The translations under genes were made by a program, and so were the position numbers. Source: Haliotis rufescens (taxonomy: Eukaryota). From it: a stretch of 64,000 nucleotides of DNA. Below are positions 25,339-36,092 of the stretch, in pieces (within the stretch, counting starts at the first letter, position 1; every line of letters begins with the position of its first letter). The notes under the pieces were generated by a model, which worked only from the letters and a program-made list of their open reading frames with translations, had not been told where the DNA came from and made no database searches. Location of the stretch: NCBI RefSeq assembly GCF_023055435.1, contig NW_025964383.1, positions 46,066,001 through 46,130,000 of the forward strand, written 5' to 3'.

Positions 25339-26524
25339 ATGGACAGAGGCTCCGTCCAGAACCTAGCTGCTGAAATACTGCGATGCATTCAGGATGAGGA
25401 ACGGAAGAAGCAGGAGGTGATGGACGCTCTGAAGCACCTAGCAGATGAACTGGATGTCAAGCAACGAGACATGAACATCGCCAAGACTGCCTTCGCATCC
25501 GGTGGGATCGCAGCTACAGGCTTAACTGTAGCAGGAATAGCAGCGGCCCCCTTCACCTTTGGAGCATCCCTAGGGATGACCATCGCGGGCGTTGCTCTTG
25601 GTGTGTCTAGTGGTCTTGGTGGACTGGCGACAACCATTGCTGACAAGATCATCAACAGCAAGACGATGACAGAAGCTCAAGCCAAGATTGACTATCAGAA
25701 AACTGTGACAGACTTGGCCAGCCTCCTTAAGAGTGTGAATTCCAATAACAGCCATGAACTTCGCAATAGGATCACTGAAGTAATCACCTTTTAAATATCT
25801 TGATGTTTTTCTGTCAGTTTATGTTTCTTTTTAGTTATAGACTCTTCATTGTAACCTCTCTTCAACCACTTAATCATGTGTCTGTTAGTGCAGCAAGATT
25901 ATAGTTTCAGAAATGAGATGACAACGTAGAACATACATGGATCAAACTGTGAAGAATTTTGAAGGAGTTTAATGTAACCTCTTGACTAAATGGGAACTAA
26001 TATATATCATACAAGATCAGAAGTCGCTAAGTAGAGCAACATGCTTTCAACTACAGGAAATCAACAGCCTGGGAGAAAGTGAGAGTCGGGTGACCCTGGA
26101 ACTGATCCTCAGTGGGCTGAAGACAGCAGCAGAGGCGGGCGGATCTGCTGCCAGGACAACAGCTGTTGCAGGGGCAGTCGCAGCTCGGACCACGTTGGCA
26201 GTGGGGAAGACAATGATGGACGTGATGGAGACGGGAGCCAAGGCTATGAAGATCGGAGGGGTTGTGCTGTCGGTGTTGACTGTGCCACTGGATCTGCACA
26301 CTATGATCTCCAACAGCATAAAGATCCATAAGAAGACGCCGTCGGAAACTGCAGAGGAGATCCGAAATATGGCAACACATTTAGAGAAACTAAATGGTTG
26401 GTGCTACGTCAGGTTCACTGCCTGCTGCTAAAGAAATGTCTTATTTATGTCCAAACAAACATGCACGTTCAATTGCATAGAATCAGTGATAACCAACAAG
26501 ATAGATGGGTTGAGTATTGAATAA
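25339..26524 (+). CDS. cassette gene A copy 3: apolipoprotein L-like; exons 25339-25779, 26057-26396, 26481-26524
   Basis: APOL signature, same splice sites as copy 2, one in-frame codon deletion (KIDYQK). Confidence 0.88.
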
Positions 26525-26587
26525 AGAATATGAACGGGTAATTTACCAGGGGAGTTAATATCACAGTTATTGTCCTTCCTCTGCCCT

Positions 26588-26761
26588 GAGTCAAATTCAA
26601 TAGTTAAGTCTAAAATCCTAACAGACAACCATAAACTATTTTGAAAATAATTTACAATTTAGAGTAACTAGATGTACTTGAAGTGACCAGTGCTGGTCAC
26701 TTCAAGTACATCTAGTTACTCTAAATTGTAGGAGTTTAGACTTAACTATTGAATTTGACTC
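26588..26761. repeat. near-perfect palindrome (38-bp arms 26653-26690 / 26693-26730, 2-nt loop, plus outer arms)
   Basis: tacaatttagagtaactagatgtacttgaagtgaccag-tg-ctggtcacttcaagtacatctagttactctaaattgta. Confidence 0.95.
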
Positions 26762-27201
26762 ACTTGAGTTTTGAAAAGAGGGCCCCTCTGAAGTATTTTA
26801 GTGAAAACGATATCTGCATGCACGTGTGCTGTGTGTTTTAGGTTATTGAAATATTATCTACATGTACAATGACGCTTTCTTTCTTGTTAGGACAGAACAA
26901 AATGTCGCTTTTTTTAAAACAGAAGCACACAGACGTTAATCGTGAATCAGCACTTAAGCCACTTTTAATTAGATTATTTATTTCACCTTCTTTTTGACAC
27001 AGATCAAGGACACAAAGCGTCGTATTTTATTGATGAAACAGCAAGTTAGCATGTGGTGACTAAACTCGGTGTAAAGTCGTAATGTCTAATCAGGTTACCC
27101 AACACCATGTCATGTTCACATTGAGCCTGAAAACACTAGAAAAGGTAATTTCTTGTTGATCATCAAATGGTAAATAATTATCTTTTTATTTCTATCCTCA
27201 G

Positions 27202-28160
27202 CTAAAATTCGCCGACAACGCGTGATACAGATAGTAGAAAAAGTACCTGCTGACGTAACTGAACTTGCCAGGAAGTATGATACGTCCAACTGCCTTCCTA
27301 CATTGCTCAAGCTGTTGTGTATCTGTGTGCAGGTCTCCGCCATTGTGTTCGTTATAATACTTCGACTGATGTGTGTTTTCGTGGATGTTTGGTTTTCAAC
27401 CTCTGCCCTCTTGAAATTATTCACAGCAACTGTAGTTTTGTGTGGACTAGTTATTCTTGTGTTAGAAATGTACTTGATTATTTCAGATAACTCCATTTGG
27501 GATGATGTGGGGTCGAAACTTGACAAATTTGTGAATTCAATCAAGTATGTCACCCGCATGGATGAAAATGAGTCTCTTCGAGCTGAAGTGCGTTCTCTTC
27601 ATTGTACAATTCAACACAAGATCCATGCTGGGGAGTATATGAAATCTAGCAACAGTGAATTTATATTGATTGCGGTAACATTGATTCTAAATGTCGCCCT
27701 GTTTCTGCATTGCTGGCATGAAGAGGCTACAGAAACTGCAGTCTTGAATGTAGAAGCATCTGCCCATTCTCTGGCAGTCTACACCAATAACCATTCTCTG
27801 GCAGTCTACACCAATAACCATCATATGGTTGGACTCGGTGGACTGATGTTTGGTGTTCTCTCTTTACCAATATCACTGTTTCTCCTGCAATCCTTGAGTT
27901 CAACAGTTCGTGGCCTTAAGAAATCAAAAGTGGCTGAGGCTTTGAAGAATCTTGGGGAGGATTCAGATATCGTTTTCACGAACTTCTCGTCGGAGAGGGA
28001 TGGTTGGATCATAGGTGAAATCCTCCCATATGTACCATGCTTGCCTAAACTAGACATCATATCGAGTGTCACCCATTTAACAGCTAGATCACATCGTCAG
28101 ACTCTACACAGTGAGACGTTCTTTGTCCAGACAGACCTTCAGGTGAAATCGTCTGGATAA
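27202..28160 (+). CDS. cassette gene B copy 3: diverged APOL-like protein with a 27-nt internal duplication and frameshifted C-terminus
   Basis: acceptor tatcctcag|ctaaa; HSLAVYTNN twice; 1-nt loss at gattcaga plus ~130-bp deletion reads into former 3' UTR. Confidence 0.65.
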
Positions 28161-28377
28161 ACAAATCATGAGTTTGTTGGGGACATCCCCACCAGGAATC
28201 AAGCTGTTTAAGATGTGTCCCACAGACTGTTTCATTGTGTAATCCCCACCCCTTAATGTTCATCCTACTTCAATCATGTTCTCCTCATTTGTTCCTGTTT
28301 TATCCTACAATGGATTCTGCTGATAGCAGATATTGGTATTATTATGGAATGGATTATGTCGCTTTTATTTAAGAAAT

Positions 28378-28520
28378 AAACGAAGAATGGGGGTTGTTCA
28401 TCGTACAATAAAACATTGCAGGGAGAATAAACCATGAGATGCGAAGTTCCGAGTGGTTTATTCTCACTGCAGTTTTTTTTTATTTAACGGTAAACAACGA
28501 CCACGAGTCCTTTATTTTTA
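28378..28520. mobile_element. hairpin head of a non-autonomous element
   Basis: tgcagggagaataaacca / tggtttattctcactgca stem with further outer pairing. Confidence 0.55.
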
Positions 28521-28851
28521 TATGAGATATTAACATTATGTACATAACTATCATAAGTTTTGTCTTTCCCGCATATTCTTACAATCCCCACGTCCATTAT
28601 CTGTACCTTTTCTCCTTATAGTGATTGTCATACTGCTGGTACTTCTTTGATGTGATCTTTTAGCCACTGCGTTTATCTGTGCTGCCCAGTCCAATTTACG
28701 ACGTCATTAGGTTGCGAGTGCATGATAATGATGATGGGTTATTCAGTGTATACAGATAACGCTGAATAATAATATACAGCAGTCGGATATTACACTTAAT
28801 TTATCTTTGTAACACACAAGTTTGTTTTGAGCTTTTTTATAGCATACTTAA

Positions 28852-30887
28852 AGGGGCACTGATCTAAAGCAATTCCCCGGGACTGGTTGTTGCCTTTGTT
28901 ATTGTTTATTCGTGAGTACCCGTGAGTACCCGGATGATATAGCAGAAATCTAGACAAGTACTCGAACTGTGCTGCGCCATTCGTAAGCGCATTTTTGTCG
29001 CCTTTATTGATAGGGTAAGAGCGTATTGTCATATTGATCAACAAACTGAAATACGGTTTAGTCTTGGAAATAATAACGACATGTTGATTTTTGCAAAGGT
29101 GATGGTGACAAAATTTTGATAAGTCACTTTCTTGGTATTGTGCGATTTTCGTTTACACTATTTTGAAAATATTTCACCTGTGCATTGCTTTTTTGTGTAT
29201 ATTTTATAGTCAAAATGTGTAACAATTTCACTTAGGCAATTTATTAAACGCCTAAATATTCAGTTATTTTACAAACTGACTGAACAATCTGTCCCGTTCT
29301 GTTATTATGATCACGAATTCCAAACATTTTTATACTTTACTTTCATCACCCAGTGACTGAAAATGATAGGATTAAAAGCAATCGAAATTCAAAGAACATT
29401 TCTATAGTTTTGGTCTTGTCCTACCATAATTAGTCTATTGATGTTTTAAGCCCATTTCAACCTCTTAATAATTGTTAAACAATCAGTTAAATAAATGGAC
29501 AGATGTTTCAGTCAATTTGGAAGTTACTGAAATATTCAGACATTTTATAGAATCACATTTTCACATTGACTGTAACAAATACAAGCCTCCAACGAAAAGG
29601 CTTGTGAAAACAGCGTCTGTCTCCCATCGAAGAACTTCCCAACGAAAACGTTGAGGAGCAAATATGATTCTATTCAATGCAATGGCAAATGATTAAAAAC
29701 ATATGCAAATATCATAATTACAACCTACCAATGTTAAATGCATAAATTTAGGCAGCTACCTTGTTTGAGGAATGTATCCGTGAATATCCACATTAAGGAA
29801 CAATATCCCATACGTCTGGAACTGTACAAATAACTTTATTCGATGTCACGTGTCTGTGTTACAATCAAATATTTTAAATATATATAGCTTTTCGGGATAT
29901 TATAACCGGTGTTCGTTTCCCAACTGATCACTTAGTTTGTTTGCAGTGTTTCATATAGATGTCAAGTCTCAAAGGCCAGCTGAGACAGCCCACGTGACAA
30001 CTATTTTCATAATGTCCATGGTTCTTAAAAAAACATAGCGTTAGATAACAATGAACAATCAATAAACGTTTTATCGGCTAATCCTTTGAATTAAGTATGT
30101 TGTTTTTGCATCGTCGCTTCACGCCCAGATATGGGGGTATTCCGTCTGCTTTCGTAAACCTAGACATGTAAACACTTACTATTAACAGATCCACTGTGCA
30201 AAATAACTGTGATTATTCAATCAACGTATTTTCTGCTGATCCTTAAATGGGAAGGAATGATCAGTTGATTTACCAAAAAAGTAAACCATCTCATAACTCC
30301 TCTTGCTGGGCTGCCACGTGCATATTACATAAGCTATATTTCACCCCACTTCAGACCGGGATACAGATTAAATAATTACCAAATGCCAAATGGGAACATT
30401 TGTCTGGTAATCCGAGTGGTGCTACCACTAATTATACCTGTAATAAATTAATTAACTAAGCTTCCAGTCAATGACAACACATATACAGGCGTAAGGTTAT
30501 ACCAGGAAACATGCGTGACAACAAGAGCGTAGCAATCGTATTACCCAGGCAATCCGGAAATGCTTCCACATCAGGGATACGTTTTATTATCATTAAACTA
30601 TAACCATCAGGGGTATTTCCAAAATAAGGACATCCGATGAGCTTTTGTATGTTTGTGTAGGCTCAAGAAATTGATTAACATGCACCCTATTTCGACATCT
30701 TCATACATCACGGGTATCCAATCAGTGTTCAAAATGCGTAAAAAAATATTGTCTCGAAGTATATTTACGCTGTCCTTACAGACCGCAGCCCAGTCTCTTG
30801 TCATGCAAAGTTGCGAGCAAATCGCAGCTAGTGAGCCCTAGCGGGCAGTGTCAGACAGCCAAGGAGAAGCCAGAGATTAAAGCCCCT
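28852..30887. mobile_element. Kolobok-like non-autonomous DNA transposon (TTAA target duplication, AGGGGC termini)
   Basis: ttaa|aggggcactgatct ... agattaaagcccct|ttaa; removing it restores sequence colinear with the paralogous empty sites at ~21080-21120 and ~7700-7740. Confidence 0.75.
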
Positions 30888-31284
30888 TTAACATAAATTT
30901 GAAGGTTTTAAAGACAATCGAACATGTATATGAGTTACAAGAGTGCAGTGCAACACCTTTGGTGACACAAATTCCACAACGGCGCAACGAACGTCCAGTG
31001 TTACAAAATACATAACAACCTATAGTACAGTTCTCCAGCTGACAGCTGATAAAGTGAAAGCACTTCGTTTCACCCGATCCCGTTAGTCGCCATGATGTAC
31101 CGTTACATTGGTATTGAAACAAAATACGTTCAAGGACCTTTCATACATCCCTGTTTGCCGGTTAAACACTTGAACGTTAATGATACATTGTATATACGTC
31201 ATCGATTTACGCTGTTGTGGACAGGTCATATGTTCCTTTCACATTTGACTCAAATTGTGTGAGATGGGATAATCACTCACCATA

Positions 31285-31797
31285 GCAGTATATGTTCTGA
31301 AAGAAAGATCCTGACAAACAATGGTAGTATATGTTCTGGACGAACGATCCCGACAAACAATAGTGGTATATGTTCTGAAAGAAAGATCCTGACAAACAAT
31401 GGTGGTATATGTTCTGGACGAAAGATCCTGACAACCAATGGTGGTATATGTTCTGGACGACAGATCCCGACAAACAATGGTGGTATATGTTCTGGACGAC
31501 AGATCCTGACAAACAATGGTGGTGTATGTTCTGGACGAAAGATCCCGACAAACAATGGTGGTATATGTTCTGAACGACAGATCCTGACAAACAATGGTGG
31601 TATATGTTCTGGATGAAAGATCCCGACAAACAATAGTGGTATATGTTCTGGACGAAAGATCCCGACAAACAATGGTGGTATATGTTCTGGACGAAAGATC
31701 CAACAAACAATGGTGGTATATGTTCTGGACGACAGATCCTGACAAACAATGGTGGTATATGTTCGAATTCTGAACGAAAGATCCCGACAAACAATGG
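31285..31797. repeat. 39-bp tandem minisatellite (~13 units)
   Basis: gttctggacgaaagatcccgacaaacaatggtggtatat repeated; 13-aa periodic ORFs. Confidence 0.95.
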
Positions 31798-32137
31798 CTT
31801 TCTTGTAAGCAAAACCATGTAATTCTTCTTAACCCATTTCTCTGACCAACCAGATGACTGCGTTCTTGCCGACACATATTCATCCCTTGTATTACATAAA
31901 TACACAGATTACTCTGATTGCGATGGATATGGAGAATACCACACGAGTGTATTCTTCGTTCTAAAACGGGTTGTGGAGAGGATCGTTGGTTAGATACGCT
32001 TTGAAATAACGAGTTTGAATAAAATAGAATTTATTGACAGGCACGATTGCAGGGATGTGTTTCTTACACACCTTAAAATTCAAGGTGCATATGAAATAGT
32101 CAACACCATGGGGTATCCAAACTCTGACGTTGGGGGA

Positions 32138-32260
32138 GTAAGTGAGTGAGTATTGTTTTACGCTACTTTTAACAATTTTACAGCGGGGGACACCAGAAAT
32201 GGGCTTCACAAATAGTACTCATGTGGGGAATCGAACTCAGGTCCGCTAGGATACCCCATC
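32138..32260 (-). mobile_element. tRNA-derived SINE with (CTCA)n tail, partial
   Basis: gggggacaccagaaatgggcttcaca..catgtggggaatcgaac is the reverse complement of the 36494 family. Confidence 0.8.
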
Positions 32261-33284
32261 GTCCCCTACGAGCTTAACATTTGGTCTCATACATATATTT
32301 GATACAAGTTATCTCAGATCGGTTTCTCGCCAACAGGGGTGTCTGTTGACGGTAGTCTTGTTAACTCCAGCATTTGCAGCATACACCTTTCCATCCCGTG
32401 ATATTATTAAGGTGGTGTGGTTCTAGGGTCGCGGGCCTGAGAGAAGCCGCCTCAAATGCAGATCTTGTGGGTTGTAGCAAATATTCAAACGGTCTGTAAC
32501 AGTGTCGAAAAAACTGATTTGTTCAATGAAATTCTGCTCGAAACAAAATTAAGGTGGTGTCAGGTAATTTAATAAAACCCAAAACGGTATTGTCCACTTT
32601 TCATGTTGGATGCCCTGAAACGCCCTGTTTTAAATGGTCGCTCTTAAGTTGAAACGACGCGTTAGTGATTAATGTGTTCCCTCGTGGCCCTGTCGACTCT
32701 TGTTCGATTCGACACCACAGTTACATGACACGCACACACACAAATACGTGCATGCACGTCACCATGTAAGTTCAATATTATTGAACGCGACGTTAAACCC
32801 CATGTCCCCTCACCTACAAAAGGATGTTTTCCTCTTTTACAGGCATTTCAGTGAAGACATAATGATATACACGACTCTTTAAATCTGTTGTCAGAATTAG
32901 CGAGTCCGCCTTCAAAGTGCGTGAATACATACGGCAGCCTGTAAACAATCGCGTCTTGATCAGACAACCCAGTGATACTAGACCAGACACTCCAGTGACA
33001 CAATAGCGTGTTTACTGATTGTGTACTAAAACTAAAAGTGATAAGTCAATTTTTTTAAACACATCTGCTGAAAGTCAGGTGAAAGGGACGCTAATAGGAG
33101 CTTGTCATATGGAAATTTGTGTACAATACAGTAGTCATGTACTAAGGGAAACATCTGTATCTTAAAACATGGGTGACTTTGTGTAAAATAGAGTAGCCAT
33201 GTACACAGATGCACATGTATACTTTACAACATGAGAAACTTTATGTGAAATACAATAGTCATGTACCTAAATGTACATACTCAG

Positions 33285-33545
33285 CTAACAATTTCACGTT
33301 GTGACAACGTTGTGGGAACGTTAAGACATAACGTCCATACAACGTTATTCTGTGGACGCCCATTCATGTTGTCACAAGGTTGTATGCTAACGTTTTGATA
33401 CGTCATATTCACGTCGTCACAATGTTGAGATAACGTCATAGGTTGTATTTTTACGTTGTGGGAACGTTGTAGTTTACGTTGTGGCAATGTTATAATATTA
33501 CGTCCCTACAACGTTATTCTGTGGCCTACCATGGACGTTGTCACA
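33285..33545. repeat. AACGTT-rich internally repetitive element (probable DNA-transposon terminus)
   Basis: repeated acaacgttgtgggaacgtt / acaacgttattctgtgg motifs. Confidence 0.5.
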
Positions 33546-34187
33546 CCGACATGAAATAATTTGTGTTTGAAGGAGATTTGTCGAAAGTTCTTTTGACAAA
33601 AATAATTATGCTTCAGACTGGTGCAGGCATAGAACAAAATGCTTTTATACATTCTTAGGATTCATTTAAAGCCACAAAACCACCATCATGTAAATGGACC
33701 ATGGAATTTAACAACTGAACTTACGTTAACATAATTCACAGCCCCGGGTTTATTTTGTGTATTCCTCAATGATCCAGCAATCCTGTTTTCCTGCTCGTGT
33801 CTCATTTTCACCCTTGCTGCAGCAAAAACGACAATGTTTCCCATTATAGCAAAGTCAAAACTAGAACTCAACTCTTTAATAAAACAACTATACATGTATA
33901 ATTTTGATGACACCGGGCCCGATCGTTTATGTATGGTAGAAATTTATATGTTATTTCTCAAGTAATCATTAAGTTTCATTAAGTATAAGAGTAAACATGC
34001 AGATTGCCCGAAACGTAATATTGTGGCGTCGCGACGGAGCAATTCGCCCAATCGCAGCTGCAATGCCATATACGTGCAGCATGCAATTTTCTGAACTGCT
34101 GTGACTATTCCTGTCTCGGCAAGGTTTAAAAGGCTAGGACAATTACTGCTGACACACATATCAGAAAATTAGAAAACGGGCCGTTAT

Positions 34188-35070
34188 GTGCCAAGTCTAT
34201 CAGAAGCTAAACGCAACAACGCCATTGGCCGACTGCAAGTGGGTGAAACACATCAGCATGTGGCGCAGGCGATGGGTGTGATCAGATTGACCATCTCTAA
34301 CTTGTGGAGACGTTACAACATCACCGGCAAGGTTCGTGACAGGCCATGGTCAGGACGACCTCGCGTTACAACGCCTAGCCAAGATCGTTTACATCCGGAA
34401 AGGCACCTGCGGAACCGTTTCATCACTGTCGAGAGCAGTCGGTATTCTAGCCGAGAGACCCGTGCAGCGTAACATCCTGACGCCGCATCACCTGCGTGAA
34501 CGTCTGCAGTGGTGTTGTCAGAGAGTCACACGCCCTCAAGCAAGATGGAAACGGGTTCTGTTCACGTCTGCTAAGACGTGCTGATGGACGTGCCCGTGTG
34601 TACCAACGTAGTAACGAACGTTTCGCTGCGAATTGCGTTTAGCAAGTGGATCGACTGGAAGTGGAAGCGTCATGGTTGTGTGAGAGTGGATGGTGCTCTG
34701 AAAATGGTCTACGCTATTGAGATCCTGCAGCGCCACGTTGTCTCCTTCATCAACGTTTAATGGCGGCATCTTTAAGCAGGACAACGCCAGACCCCACGTC
34801 GCACGTGTGTGCACAGACTTTTTTGCGTCAGAACAACGTGCCCACGCTACCCTGGCCTGTCAGTTCGCCAGACTTGTCCCCTATTGAACATCTGTGGGAC
34901 GTGGTGGATCGTCGTGTCCGTCAACGTCAACCACCGCCACAGACACTTCAGGAACTGTTTGTGGCGCTAGGGCAGGAGTTGCAGAACATCCCCCGGGCTG
35001 TTATTCAGACTTTGATCGCGCCTCTGGGCAGTCGCTGCCATGAGATGATAGCAGCTCGAGGAGGATATAA
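34188..35070 (+). mobile_element. Tc1/mariner transposase remnant (frameshifted, internally deleted)
   Basis: HTH region NAIGRLQVG..TISNLWRRY..RSGRPRVTT-like, WKRVLFT, QDNARPH, WPVSSPDLSPIEHLWD. Confidence 0.92.
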
Positions 35071-36092
35071 CTTTTCTCATACCCCGGACGTCTTTGCACC
35101 TGTTTTTTTTAAGTGTATATTGTACAGCAATAGTTTACCTATACATTCCACTATTTATAATATTTATTAAATTTTAACACGAAAAATAAAAAACAACCGA
35201 GTTGCAATCCTGATGTATTGTCTTTTGTTTGACCAGTACTGAAACTGTGGACAGTTCCCCGCTCTCTCATCACACCAGGCATCAAACGCCAGTGCGTCTT
35301 GTTCCTCGGCAGTGGCTCGTTCAGTGTACGTGTCATGCGCGTCATGTTGCAGGTTATGCATAGTGGCAGCTGTCACCTGATGCGCGAAACATGTGCTGCT
35401 CGCAGAAAGGAGTCAGCCGTACCAGAGGTTGCTATCTAAGCCTGCACAAGGGCCTGTGTCCACCCACTGCCCTGCAGCCAGTCTCCTGCAGTCTTCATGG
35501 CCGCCATTTCAATGGGAAGACCACCTTAGATTATCACAAAGTGGTCTTCCCCGTGTGTGTCTGGCCAGTTCCATTGTATTTGTATGACAATGGCTGGTCG
35601 AAAGACACATCCAGGTGTGGATTCAGGCGGATGACTGCTTCCTAGACAACATTCATGGAATGGCGGTTCATTGCCACAGAGTGAGCTTTGTCATGAAAGA
35701 GTGGGAGCAAAGCAGTTGGGGTGACTGCATCATGATCTACTGGTACACTATGACTTTTTGACATTATGATGAAGCAGTTCTATTCGTATACGACTATCAA
35801 GAAGCAAACTGTAAAAGGTTTCACCGTAGGTTCTGAAACGTAGTTACAAAACGTTGTGTGATGTCTGATGTACAACTTTTTCTTTTCGTTGTACCTTACA
35901 ACATGTGGGATTTTTTGTTAAATAGATGTACCTAGATGCACATGTTTACCTTATACCTCGATATTACTAATGCACCGAGAAATAACCATGGCTTTAATCA
36001 ATGAAAAAAAACCAATTACTCCTTTCTACCTGGTAATAGCCATCGGTGACATTTGCGGGCATGTCAAACTAATTATATATATGTAATTTCAG

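Noticed and set aside
31239-31905. periodic 130-214 aa ORFs; CRISPR-like regularity
   Set aside because: 39-bp head-to-tail minisatellite with no unique spacers; eukaryotic context with no cas genes
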